Source: Catajapyx aquilonaris (lineage: Eukaryota). Taken from it: 64,000 nt of DNA. The translations under genes and the position numbers were made by a program. How positions within the stretch are numbered: position 1 is the stretch's first letter; each line of letters opens with the position of its first letter. Shown one piece after another: positions 46,071 through 59,879 of the stretch. Location of the stretch: NCBI GenBank assembly GCA_000934665.2, contig KZ538394.1:1-64000 (forward strand), written 5' to 3'. The notes under the pieces were generated by a model. It was not told the DNA's origin. It searched no databases and saw only the letters and a list, made by a program, of their open reading frames with translations.

Positions 46071-49000
46071 TTGCCAAGGACACTAATAGCAACCGTTGTA
46101 CTTGTGTTATAGCGGGGATTCAAAACGCTTGAACATCATGACAATTACTTTGATGGTATGACGGATATGCACGTTTATTATTTGCATCGCATGTGAGTAA
46201 GATTATACTCCTGAGCACATACTTCGCACACACTTGTCATTTTACATAGAGGAACATTCAAAAAAAATTCTTCAAAAAAGTGCGGTTTTCGTTAACACGT
46301 AATATATTATTATGAAAACTGCATAAGCTCAATTAATTACACATTAATTAATTATTAATAATTTTTAACGTTTAGGGTGAATATTTATTTCAGACCCCAA
46401 AAAATGACCGGATTTTCTGACTACTGTACGTGGTGTTTGACCCATTCACTGAGAGAATCCCTGCAGAAATACCGGTATGCTCTTGCAATCATTGGATTCT
46501 TGAATAAACCTGCGTCCTTTGGGGATTCCCCAGTAGGAGGCACGACTGATGGTGACAACCTCATTTCATACATTTTTGGTTGTTGCTAGTAGGATTTGGA
46601 GTTATTTGAACAGGAGAAAACAGTATGCATTATGCACAAAAAAAAGCCAAAGAAATATCTGGAAAAGTTCGTCGTTAGCAGGATATATCCATCCCTGGGT
46701 AATTCCAGGACAGGACGCCCCTAGGACAACACCCTCCATTTTTTTGATTTTGATTAAATTTTGCATGCAGGTCCCAAAATGGATGAGTAAGTAACTACCC
46801 AATTTTCAGACACCTACGTTCAATAGGTCAAGAGTTATGCCATGGTCAAAATTGAAGAAAATCCGAAACATGGACTCAAAAATCGCATCATATATCTCGG
46901 TAAGCACTTACTCTACCGCGACTTTTCGCATGTCGATAGATTCGCAATAGTGTGGAGGAGACGATGGATGCATCAAAAGAATTTTAAGTGCGGTAAAATC
47001 GTCATTTTCGCGAGGTCAAGTTTTGTGACCTTTGACCTTGCCCATGTCCGTCGGTCGAAATGCTTGAGAATAAACACACTGATACCCACACCTCTGTTGT
47101 ATACACCGGTATAAGTTAAATTTTCATTAGGAAATGTCTTCTGGGCGAAAAAAATCCAGACTACTACCGTGTCATTGAAATCTTCTATAGCGGTAAGGTC
47201 GAGATTGCATGCCTAGTCTCCTGCAATCTCGCCCTTATTGATTAGCGGATGGGTATTTTTCTGGGTTAATTAAGTGACTAGGAAACCCCTCGAGCAAGGA
47301 AAATTTAAAATTTACACCATTAGAACGTACGTGGTCCAGCCTATACTGTGAGATATTGTAATTTAGTTATGGTTATGTGAAATCACACATACAGGCACTG
47401 TCACCATTTTCTTGTCCAAAGATGTGGTTTCCTATTTTGACCAGTTCCAGTGCAGAGGCATCCAAGGCTGGCATGCCTCTGCGTAACTCTTCTTCAGCTG
47501 TGTGCATAGTAGAAGTTATTTTACTGTGCTTGGTGCTTCCGTGCCGGTATCTTGTGCATTTTGCCAAAGTGACTGGGTTGCGCGAGTACGTGTGTGGACA
47601 TACTCTATATGTACAATACCAGAACTAACAGGGTGTCCAAAATGAACGTCCCTAGTTTCAAAGAGCAGTAAAAAATAGACACGAGGAGGGATTTAATAAT
47701 TTGGTTGTTTAAACGGTCTGGACACACAACAAGTTTTTGGAACAGCCTATATGTGGTGTGGTGGTGCTCCTGTGGGGGATACTGTCGAAAGATGCAAACA
47801 TAGCATCTACTCGTATATTCTATACAGAGTAATGTTCAGCATGTCCAACACTTCTTTGATCGCGACTACAGCTCGGGTAATCACCACATCACAACTTGCA
47901 TTTTCCCCTCTGTAGATGCTATGTTTGCAACTTTCGATTGACCCCCCCCCCCTCCACAAAGCCAGAAATTGCCGGATTTATTGCAACACTTTTTATTACA
48001 CCACGTTCATAAATAATTGCGAACCTGACCAGTGCTCCATCTTGCATAATTATAGGGTATGTAAGCTCTAGTATCTCAGGATATCGCCAACGGATCGCCA
48101 AGGAACTTCATTTAACATGTTGTACATATACCATGCAGCGACTTAGTTGATTTTAGTGTCATAAAGTATACGTGATTTTGGATGGGAGGTCACGTGGTGC
48201 TGAGTGTCTGTGTCAAGCAAATTTTTGCCATTTTAAGCGCGTCAGATTTGCGCCTGCGTATCTTTGACACCAGATATGGCTATAAATTGTGGTTATGCCT
48301 TTCACGGACCACCTGTTGACCCGCTGCAGACCACAGGTTGACAGATGCCTCCGCAGTATATCAAAATAATGGAGCACATAGTACTTTTGCCAGCCACAAG
48401 CCCTTACAGAGTGGCCAGCCCTATACTCATCCTTGGGTAGAATATACTGTAGGTTATTGTTTTCATAGCTTGCATTTTGGTATCGCAGTGTGGAATCTCC
48501 TGAAGAAACATAAAACGAGACTATTAAATATTGGCCCGTTTAGGAGGTGGTTGTGGCTCATAAAAATGACCAGATGACATTCCCCAAACCTCTGCAATAT
48601 TTTCGAAGTACAGTATTAATGCAGAAAAACTGTCCAGTACCACAGATTTTTCAAATAATTGTAATTGCAATTTCGAGTCAGTTCATCATATACTGTATAA
48701 CAAAAACAATATTTTAAGAATTCTTAATCACTATTAGTGAAAAGTGAACTAAAAATATATTTAATGATTTTAGGGTTTTATCCTGAGTTCATGTAACCAA
48801 CACTACCGGTAACTCTATGTACTCCATCGCACAGTTTTAATTTATACTATAAATCTCATACTCTTCATTGCAGGGAATTTCTTCCTAGCAATGAATAAAA
48901 TATTAGCCTACTAAACATTACTGAACACTTTCGAAGAGACGTTTGGTTATGCAAAAATTGCAGCTTTAACATTAAAATTTTTATAGCTCTTTCTATCAAT

Positions 49001-49245
49001 ATGAGTAAATCTGGCATTCACTTTTTCAACAATTTCAGTATTACTTTGTGCTCTGATGTTGATAGCCTGCAAATTACATCACCTTTGGTGATCGCCATTG
49101 GTATTGCAACTTCCTTAGCAATAACATAATCTCTCATTACTGACTGTGATATTATTTAGACTTTGTAAAAGTCACACTACACAACAAGCCTCACCAATAA
49201 ATAGCAGTTCATGGTGCAACCAATACTTAAGACACCACAAAGCCT

Positions 49246-49246
<1 letters not shown>

Positions 49247-49308
<62 letters not shown>

Positions 49309-49318
49309 GGTAATAATA

Positions 49319-49392
<74 letters not shown>

Positions 49393-49395
49393 AAT
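49247..49395. repeat. Compound microsatellite (AAT)n-(GAT)n
   Basis: Directly visible; source of the poly-N/M and poly-I/L ORFs. Confidence 0.95.
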
Positions 49396-49560
49396 CCTGG
49401 GTAGTGCTCTCACCCCCCTTTATTGACCGTTTTTATGTACATTGTACATCGGAACCTTTGTACGAAGCGCCCGGGCTCACAAACAGGGTGACTGGGAGGG
49501 GATGTGCAAGGTGGATTGCAATGTCGTTGCTATAATTAAATCCAATCCAGTATAGGCCTA

Positions 49561-49762
49561 CAGGGTGTCTAAACTTTTTTGTCCGATCAGCTTAATATAT
49601 GTATCTTCTAGCAATGTAGCCAGAATATGCCCCAACATTTCTGGCACATCCCTCAACAGTTGAGGGATGTGCCAGGAATGTCGGGGCATATTCTGGCTAC
49701 ATTGCTAGAAGATACATAGACTTTTCCGATAACTGATCGGACAAAAAAGTTGAGGCACCCTG
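49561..49762. mobile_element. Tc1/mariner-type palindromic MITE
   Basis: TA|CAGGGTG...CACCCTG|TA; the whole element folds back (GTATCTTCTAGCAATGTAGCCAGAATATGCCCC and its complement). Confidence 0.85.
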
Positions 49763-50430
49763 TATATAAAGCCCCTATCCGAGTAGGAGTAGGATATAGG
49801 AGGAGGAGGAGGAGGATGCTGGAAAAGATTTCGCACTTGCCGGCGTCGCGTCGCGCGTCGCAGAGATATCGGAGTAGTCTCGTTGGATTCCTTGCCCCAT
49901 AATTACCAATGCCAAAAATCCTACTAATCGCCAATTTCCCAGCCCTTTAGGATATAGCCAAAAGTCGACTTTTGCACGTGCGACCTTGCCCATCTGCTCG
50001 TCATTAAGCAGCCGCGCCGGAGAACAATAGCACACCCTCTCCGGAGCCCCCTCCACCCGCCGCTGACATCTGGATCCACTCTAATCCCACCTCAGTGCCT
50101 TTTTCACCATTACGTCATCAGCTATGGCGCATTCTCATACTCCACACCTTTAGCGATGACGTCACGGGTTCTGGAAACGCCGACCAATTTTTTCGTAAAA
50201 AGACTTGCTCTGTTCGCATCGGAGAGTGGGGTAAGTGTGGGGCGGCCGGGTGCACCTGCACCGGGCCTCGGAGAGTTACTGAGACCGAGGGGGATCTGCC
50301 CGGGACCCAGCCAATTCGCAGCGAAGGCGCGCAAGTGGGGCGCAGCCCCATGTGGGGGGGGGGGGGGNCCCCCCCCCCCCGCCTCGCAAAGCGAGTATAT
50401 ATAATTATATGGCTAAGGAACCTTACTATG

Positions 50431-50607
50431 GTCATTTTGTGAACTCCCCCGGGTGGTTAGTCTAGCGGAAATCCCACCCGAGACGATGCCAAAGACGAGC
50501 GAACTCTGCACGAGGTGAAGGGAGGGAAGCCTGGGCTTGGGATTGAACCCGGGACCCGCCTTACATCAGTGGGCACATACGTTACCGCAGCATCACTCCG
50601 CCACCCC
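50431..50607 (-). mobile_element. 5' half of the same SINE family; the 3' half appears at about 49320-49533
   Basis: Matches 34105-34280 closely (GTCATTTTGTGAACTCCCCCGGGTGG...GTTACCGCAGCA.CACTCCGCC.CCCC). Confidence 0.82.
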
Positions 50608-53600
50608 ACACAAAGCATCATTACAATATTAATGTTTGACATTTGTTAAGTTTATTTGCAATTAACTTGCAAGGGATTTTTTTTGTCTTCTACGCGTGGA
50701 GCTATAAGACACTGTTGTATTGTGAATGTGAAAGTACAGTATTTGCTAAGAACCTGAATAGACGGAGCACGGACATTAGGCTACATGTAATGTCCATCAA
50801 TTCAGGATGTGTTCTGGGTCTCCTGCATCGCAACCAGGTTGATACATACTAATTGAGGAAACATGACATCCATTCATTGGGTGCGTCAACAGCAATGTGC
50901 TGTTAGAAATAATTTTAATTTCCATTTAAATTACTTGTTCATTTGCACAAAAGACTTGTACCATATACGACATTATTTCAATGCCATCACTTGCATCATC
51001 GAAATAACATCATTGTTGGCCTAAATTATTATCTTCACCTATGATGTATAACATAGCCTACTAATTCTCTGCAAAAACACTTAGCACGTGTTGAAAACCA
51101 TTACAAATCACAATATTTCTTATCCTCATAAGTCAATATATTTGTCAAGTGGTGCACAAAATTTAGCCTACATATATTTAGTTTTGTCGGAGGCAATGTG
51201 ATGTAGTGGGCCATTGCCATTTCGAACTGTGAGGTCCTGAGTTATATCCCCTGGTCGATCAAAGGATTTTATCCTGTGTGTGGTGAGAGAAGAGAAGGAA
51301 TTAAGTATTATTTCCTCCCCTCTCAATATCAATAATAATAAGGTGTTTTATAAACAGTAAAAACTACAATACTATCCCCCTAAGGCAGGAGTAAGAAACT
51401 ATACAGATTTCTGCATATTATGAACACATATAAACTTACATACAAAATGTACTGTACATACAAAAGGAAATCCAGGAATTTTTAAATAAGCTGATGAGTT
51501 CAGTGCTCCAGGTCCGAAGAGGTCACAGAGCATCCAACGATTATGATGGTGATGTGTTATACTATTGCATTCACATTTCAGTATACCTCCGTTATGAAAT
51601 CAATAACTTCAGGCAGCAATATGCGCGAAACGTAAATAATGCAACCATCTTAAAGTATATCATTTTGTATTACTTTTCCTGCAGTATACAAGTTCGAAAC
51701 AAAACAAGGCAAAAGCTGAGGTCAGTGGTAATCTACAGTGACTTGATATTTAAGAAGCAATACCAACCACAGTCGGTGTAATATACAGTAATGCCTCTAC
51801 CAACCCCATGTGACTTGTGCTGACACGTTTGATGGGATGTGGCGACAATAACATCGCACAACGAATGGGCTCAATCAAAGAAAGTCAATAGGGAGTGACT
51901 TGAATCGTAAATAGGGACTATAGCAATGAAGGAGACATTCCAACCAACCGGGGCTGTTGCAATCGACTACTGTAGGAGTTAGCCGCCTTGTGCTTGCAGT
52001 AGCATGGCCCGTCTCCATCGATGCCTCAGCTTCTGCAGAAAAGATAAGTTATGCTCATTTTTTATTCTCAATAGTGGAAATCCAAACAGTCGTAACTTGT
52101 ATCTACGTAAGTCTAGTTGTATGTGTCTATCAAAGTATTTGTGGTCTCGGAAGCAGTGTTTGTGGGACACCATTCCGAATCAGCAAGAGCGACCCATCGG
52201 TGCTGGCTCATTCATATAGTAATGACAGGCCTCCAGCACACACTCCGGTACACCCCTACCTGATTAAAAAGCATTGGCGAGTCTCATTGGTTAAACATAA
52301 TTAGTGACGTAACACGTTAGTGACGCAGAACGTTGCTCAACATCCTGAATATGTTGATAGGTGTCAAGTGTTCAAGCCAACCGGATACCAATGTATAGCA
52401 CAGCGTATATGTACACGTTCCTCTAAACCTACGCATGTGAACGGCTCAGTCATACGCGTCTCACCCACGAATCACCCTTTTTTAATCGAAAGAACAGGCG
52501 ACAGGGAATATTTGTGTTCCTGTGATGAAGCGCTGGTGTCGAACAAAAAAAAAAATCCGGGCATGAAAGGACTTATTCGACCATGTTTTCATTCCCAAAT
52601 CAATCAGTGAGCCATGGGCTGGTGTGTGTTCATTCGGCCCAAATTAACGTATGTCGAGCTTCCGTCTCTGATAATTTTACTGGTAGCTGCTGGCTGTCAG
52701 GACACTTTTTTTGTCGCCAACCAAACGTTAATTGAACTCAGTGTGTTGACCAAGTGAAAGACGTGCATACTGCGTTCCTGGCTAAAATAAACCTGATATA
52801 TGTATGATAATGGGATGGGGCTATAAAAACATCCCAATTCTCGAATGGATGTTGCTCTTTACTTTTCATTGTGGACATCATACATGAAAATGATATTTTT
52901 AAAGCAGCCTGCGGTATACGCTAAGATAAATGTACCGCACAATATTTGCTGAACATCTGCCTGTGCAAATGCGAATTTTATACCTATGTGCACCGTTGGT
53001 CCAAAAAAATGTCACCTGCCACTAACACCATTTTTATACTCCACGGTCCAATGGTACTGTCATTATTGAGATGCGACGTACATTGGTGCCCGATAAAAGA
53101 CGGTAGTGAAACCGTCCCACTTAAATGGTTAGAAAAGACATTCCGAGTCCGCAATAAAATTTTTAAAACGCTGGTTTTTTCCTGTCTCAATTTCGCAGAG
53201 ATGGGCGCTTCTCTTGCAGGGACGCACCGGTCATGATTTTATGCATGTCACCTGAACCAATTATTGCAGTGAAAAAAAAACACAGTTGCAGCCGCCTAAT
53301 GAAACATACTGTAATATATGGTACTGTAAGGAACGACTCGTAATAGGATATGAAAATGCTTTTTCTCAATTTCCGAGCACTTTTTGACCGAATTTATTGA
53401 GGTAGAATTAATATCGTTCGTATATTTATGATCTCACTTCCTGGAAAGCCTTTCAAGTTAGTTCACAAAGGCAGGCTTAATGCGAAATTTGCATTATAAT
53501 TTAATACCGGAGCTCCTTCACTTCAGATGTTGTGCTGGAAGTGCTTTCAGTAATTATGCGTCCCTAATGTAGAGACGAGAACTAAGAAACCAATTAGCTT

Positions 53601-54380
53601 GGCGAGCGTGGGATCTTTCTGGAAGACGAACAAAATTGCGGTATGAAATAAATTGCTTCCTTGTTTATGCGATTCAAAGTGGGTCCTTCAGTAACAAGGT
53701 TGCTTCGAATAACCGAAATATTATATGATTTTTTTAAACCTCGCTGCCGGGCATAAAACATGTCTCATACGAGCAGCACTTTACATTATTCTGCCTATGG
53801 GCATAGGACAGGATCATGTATAATCTGTCCAGCGGATAAACTTACCAATACTATTTTATAAATTCAACATCCACTGTACCTGTAATAAGAAATACAGCTT
53901 GCCAATAATCGGTGCTCACCCTGACTACAAAGAATTTCAGGCACGCCACATTCACCGTTTTGATACGTGATCATCAGAGAATACCACATTGACGACATTG
54001 TGTATATATTTGAATCCCATCCACTCAATACAAGCTGATAAAACTGATCCTAGGCATAGAAAATCCTACTCAGATCAACAGCATTTCAGGGTAACACCTC
54101 CTATGACTTTTTTATATACCAAAAAATACTGTCCTAACCCTCTCTTAGGTCAATCGATCCCAAAATGATGGCCCCGGTTCCTCCTATCCGTCTCCGTTTC
54201 CTAATTTTCCGTGCCTCTCTTTTAATCCACTTTCTGCCCCAGCATCACGTTAGGGCTTGGATTGACCTAAGGTCACAGGGGACGCATCCACAAGGCTTCC
54301 GATTGGAGCGCGAGATCCAATCAGGATTGAGCGTAAGAGCTTTCGGGGAGAGAGAGTGGCGGGAGTGTATGGGGGCGGGG

Positions 54381-54419
54381 NNNNNNNNNNNNNNNNNNNN
54401 NNNNNNNNNNNNNNNNNNN
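54381..54419. other. Assembly gap within a G-rich tract
   Basis: N run. Confidence 0.99.
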
Positions 54420-54571
54420 TGGGGGGGGGGGGGGGGGGGGGGCAGGGGGGCCAAGCTGCGAAGGGTTTTGGCGCGCTGAAATTTCGCCATCATTCGGGAG
54501 CTAGGAGTTTGGCTGAGAGTATGCTGTTTTTCTTGCTGTCCAATTAGGAGGACGAGTGTGGTTTCTACACG

Positions 54572-54632
54572 ATGGTGTATTCACGGAAGATGTCCCTCGC
54601 CCTTTTGCTGTTCCTGTGCTGGATTACAAAAG
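54572..54632 (+). CDS. Probable first coding exon (signal peptide MVYSRKMSLALLLFLCWITK) of an unidentified plus-strand secreted or membrane protein gene
   Basis: Basic N-region plus hydrophobic core, ending at a phase-1 donor AAG|gtactg; preceded by Inr-like TCATTC (54490-54495), CCAAT motifs and G-rich tracts. Confidence 0.5.
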
Positions 54633-56756
54633 GTACTGTAATGTTTGGATTGAATTTTGCAATTTTTTGGGGGGGTTGGATTGCTTTGCAGGGGGATGTG
54701 GGTGGTTGTGCACATTTTGACGGTTAATTCAAATGATGCAATGTTTACCATGGCGATTTAGAATCAACATTAGCTGGCGTGAATAAATGCAATACATACT
54801 GTATGGCTGATACGTTCAACATGCGGGTCAGTTGCAATCACATAACATCAATTGCTCGGCTGATAACGTCACGTGTCCAGCCAAGGTTTAAAACGAGTCA
54901 AACTACCTCCATTAACATATGAATTTTCTAGTATTTTAATAGCAATATCAATTAATACATACTGGGATTCCCCATGTGAGAGGAGTTGGAACAAAGTACC
55001 TTACTTTAGTAGTTAGAGATGATTTCTTGTTTCACTCAGCAAAACAATAGCAATTTCCACCTGCGGAAATCTGCACTGAAGAATGTAATTTGCTTACAAA
55101 TTAATGAAAATAAATATGTATAAACATTTCTACCTCAACAATATGGAAGGAACAAATTATTCCTACACAAACTCGATTCCTATTAATATTCCAGTAATTA
55201 ATTATACAGTTTTTCTGCGCGATCAGTCAATTATTACTCGAAAACCTCCACAAAACTGTATGTAATGTTCTTTAGGTTAACTTCTAAAATAATTACTGCC
55301 AAATTGAACATTTCTCCTGGACTGTGATATCTCTAATATGGACGAGATATTTCCACGTGATTTTCGAGCAAAATAGCAAAATGTAGGAGCAAAATGAAGT
55401 GCACGGAGACCATTGTTTAAATGCCTTCTTTTTTCCATAGAAAACATCTTGTAGCTATCTTGCACTGAATTATTCCACAACAGCGAGTATACTGTAAGGT
55501 TATATTGAGGAATGAATAAATCAAAAGCCCGACAAACTCGTCGTCTGGCCGTTCACAAACACCATTATTTTTTTGATAGCTATTTGATACATGGGAGGAA
55601 AGATAGCATCCGCACAATTATTAGGAAACTGATGGCTGGTATCATATTCGCCGGGCAGCTGGTATAATAACTATAATTCTTGTTAAATCGTGTTGCTTTG
55701 TTAGAGATCTAATGTTACATTTCGGCAATATTCCTGCAGAGTACATACCATAATATATTATACATTATTCAAGTGTCACACAGTTATTAATTTTGGATAT
55801 CGCAAGATACATCATCATTATATGTTTTAACAATGACTTACAATTCTAAAAATTGGAGGATATAAAATTGTACTTCAATAGACCACAAAATAATACGATA
55901 AAATAACATGTTCATACATACACATATACATGACATTTTCCATGTAACAAGGTAGTCATCGATGAAAAAGACGACGCAAGATTACCCCAATTATGAATAA
56001 AAATCACACGCCTTCAATGAAATAAAACAAGTAATGAAACAAACAACTCGGAAAACGCAAAATCATAAGAAGTAATAATTCCGCAACATATCACCATAAT
56101 TATATTATGCACATGAACTATATGCCTCACGTGACCCAATCGGGACATGTGAGGCATACCTTGAATGATCTTGTTAAATTGAAAATAGCACATGAGAGAA
56201 TAATAATCACCTCACCACAGGCTTAAAAAAAGTCATACGGGATTTTCCACACGCACATCTCTTGAATCGTATGATACAATTTAATCTTTGTCCGAAAGTT
56301 GATGATTTGCCCATAAGGTGAACATAGAATTTAGGAATTGTCATCATACCAAGAGTTGGAATAGGCTCGGCGGATTTTCCGCACATCTTTCGTGGATTTT
56401 TTGCCCTATTTCTATTGGTGCTGGTCTCAATCATTTACGATGGATATTTGTCGAATTTAGCACAACACTTTTCCAGGTATAAAAGATATGGAATTTCAAC
56501 ACTCCGGCCTATGACAGAGGTCCTTCAGATCTCCACCAGCTTGAAAAGGAAAGTTCGCCTGCTGGTCCAAAACGGCTGGAAAAATCCCCTGAAAATCCAC
56601 CGCCTGCCCCCTTTTCACCCGTGACCCTTCAACTATACTTGAACTCTTTTCCTTCCCTTTGTCCACAGTCCCTCCTCCTGACTGGTTATCTCCTAATCGT
56701 ACTGTACTGCACTATCCCCAGCAAGAACGTCACTAACCTTGAAAGGGGGAAGGCCG

Positions 56757-56818
56757 GTGACCCATTGTGAAGTCAGGTGCAGTCTGATCAGACTGCACAG
56801 GACTTCACAATGGGTCAC
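56757..56818. repeat. Near-perfect 62-bp palindrome
   Basis: GTGACCCATTGTGAAGTC.GGTGCAGTCTGATCAGACTGCAC.GGACTTCACAATGGGTCAC. Confidence 0.75.
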
Positions 56819-58184
56819 TTATGGGAATCTCGAGAAAACGCCTCCTCCCTTGTTCCGTAAATGTAGTATTATTGATGACCCTTTCTTTTCTGAGTATGTT
56901 AAGTCAAAATTCTTCGTAAAACATATATCATGTACGGGCAATGTTTCATGTGTCCTGGACTTAATTGGCAAGCTTGCGTGGGTTTGAACATATGACGTTG
57001 TTGTCTTAGATGATGAAAGCAAATGAGTGAAAGCGTTATGCAAATATTTTGTTACTGGTGTAGAAATATATAGGAGAGTGCTGAGCTACAAGAGTAATAA
57101 TCTGATCAAACAAATGAAAATATTTTTGGAAAAAAAACTTGGCATGTAACAAATAAGGTTAACATATGGTTTCCAATTATATTTTTAGAGCGGTTTAGAA
57201 TTGGTTTGAAAGACATATAATTTCTTTGATTTTGGGCGGAGTTTTTGTAGTAGACAACTACACGGCCCTCCAGCGTTATCATATCCTGCGAGTGCCACAA
57301 CAAGTGGCAAATTCCTCATAATTTATTACGCGTGAAAACATGTGCCACCCGTAGCGGAACTCACAGGATTACGTAAAAAAAAGAAGAGTTATGAGTATAC
57401 TGGCAATAATAAAAGGTCCACTCGAATGAACGTGAGCAAGTCAACCGTACGCAAACAGGGTTACGAATAAGTTCACATAAAAATATGCGAAAAATCTTGA
57501 TATATCTCATTTAGTCTACCCCAGAACCCAATTTAGTTCACATTCGACTGGTGCGAGAGCCATAATACATGCCCAAAAGGAGACTTACGCAGATCTTACA
57601 GGGCCCAAACCGCCTCAGGGAGGGTGACAAACTGTGACATGGGGTGCAGGGACGAATGAAAAAAAAAAATGCAATTATTGTTCGGGATGCATGGTTTTAT
57701 CAGGTGTACATACACAAAATTCCTCTGGAACACCTGGCTCACTGATACACGGTGTCATAAAAGTGTCACTGTTGGAGAGCATTCCTCTGGCAGCACTGTC
57801 AGAAGCATACACGTGATCGGACGTTTTATCCATCAGTGAGGCAGGTGTCTCTATGTTTTTGGGAAGTCAACTTGAATAACCATCATGCACTGCAAATCAT
57901 CATTGCATCTTGGTACTGCCGCCTTCCTCCTCTATCCTATATGTCACTGAATGTCACCGGCGAGGCGCGGAGGTTAGATCATGTAAGCCGGCGACGCGAC
58001 GCGACGGTTAGACGAGGTACGCAGGTAAGGTCTGAGGGAAGGCCCTTTGGGAATATCTTCGGCCTATCCCACCAATTTGCATGTCAACGAAATGCTACAC
58101 AGGTAGATGAGACATATCTTTATCTGAACTTTATTATTAACCATGCTTGAGTACGGTTGACTGGCTCACCAATATGTTACAGTA

Positions 58185-58738
58185 ATCTGAAACATACAGA
58201 TATTACACAGACATGCATTCCTCACCCAACCCAGCAGGTTATTTAAGATCAACAAACATCTCGCTAACAAATAAGAGGATTATATTGGCCATAAGGAATA
58301 ACAGCAGATGGATTCCCCTGACGCATGTGTCCTCCTTAACAATAGAACCAGATAACTTATGTTCGATTTGTGGCCATACCAACAGAGAGTCCTGGTATCA
58401 TATTATTTTTGAATGTCTTATCTTAGAGCAAAGAAGGCGTGATATAAACATGATTCAAGTATCCAGGCCCCAATTCTTGTTAGAGTTGGATGATATAAGT
58501 AACGAGAAATTTGCAAGTTTAAAAAGATTACTAATTACGTATTACAGATACAAACGAATAAGTGAAGATTGAAGGGGTGATAAAAGAATAAAGGTACTAA
58601 CACACACGAATCGAGGAGAGTTACTAGACCATAGTGTAGTTATAAGGAAAAGTGTAGATGTGGTGAAGTCCGCCCCCAAGTTAGGGGGGTGTAAAAGCGC
58701 TGTGATGTTATAAAGAGTCAAATTGTACGCCAATAAAC

Positions 58739-58809
<71 letters not shown>
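58185..58809 (+). mobile_element. 5'-truncated non-LTR retrotransposon (LINE) 3' end
   Basis: ORF 58213-58572 with a C-terminal zinc knuckle CSICGHTNRESWYHIIFEC; AATAAA then a (TAT)n tail; perfect 15-bp TSD CAATATGTTACAGTA at 58170-58184 and 58810-58824. Confidence 0.9.
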
Positions 58810-59879
58810 CAATATGTTACAGTAGGCCTACTCCTGTTTTACTTCATTACACCAGAATTTATTGACACACAATAATTGCTAGCTATTGAAGGTAAGAGGA
58901 TGTATCTTATACTGCAAGCATTCCACTTCTCCACGGAAAAAAAATTAAAAATTACGTGCAGGAAGAAAATGTATAAAATATTATTTTGTTGACATATTTT
59001 GCCCTAGAGAATTTAGGTAATGGTATTCCCAAAATGCCGAAGTTTTTTAAATATTTAGAATGTGCAATACTCGTATATACAGTAGGTATAAAATGTATTA
59101 GTTGAACGCATGGCATGAAAAATTAATCGAGGACTCAAGAGTGACCTTCTAGACATTACACATGCTGTGCTGTCGCCTTAACTCGCAGAATAAAGAGCGA
59201 CGTACATAAAGAGCTCCTGCTAGAGAACCCAAGGTGTACTATATGTAAGTTATACTATGGCCTATAGGCAGGCCTACTGTACGTATTCCTCATTCCTTCA
59301 TCTCCAGTCCAACATCATCCAGCATATTGCGCCATAGAAGCTCTATTAGGCATAATTACAGTCATCCCCAGATATTACGTCGTAATTGGTTCCGACACCG
59401 ACGACGTAAGTCGAGAGAGATTTTCCCATAAACGCAGTGTTAAAATGAGGAGAGTGGCTCGACAGAAGCAGCCAGTTTTCACCAAATTTTCACCATGTAG
59501 GCCTACAAGTATTTGTGCTTATGAAAATTGTTACAAACAAAATTATTGAATTGACAAGCAAATATCAATTTCAGAAGAAACTATTTAACCGTGACAGAAA
59601 AGACATTTCTTTTAAACGGTTGCTGCTGGATAATCTGGATCATCAGTGCCAGTTATATGCCAATACAAGTTCTGTGTTACTCACTCCCTACAGTTCACGA
59701 GCGACGTAAGGGAAATGTAATACAATGTAGACATGAATCTATAATCTCATCGGTTGTTTAAACAAATGAAAATATACGCTAATTGAAGACTGAACTGCAG
59801 ACAGGGATCATCGAGGGGTTTCCATGAGGAAGCAACCAGGCCAAGGACCCCAGTACGTGTCGCGTCAACCATGAGAGTT

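Noticed and set aside
49177..49426. Poly-Ile/Leu and poly-Asn/Met ORFs
   Set aside because: Translations of microsatellites.
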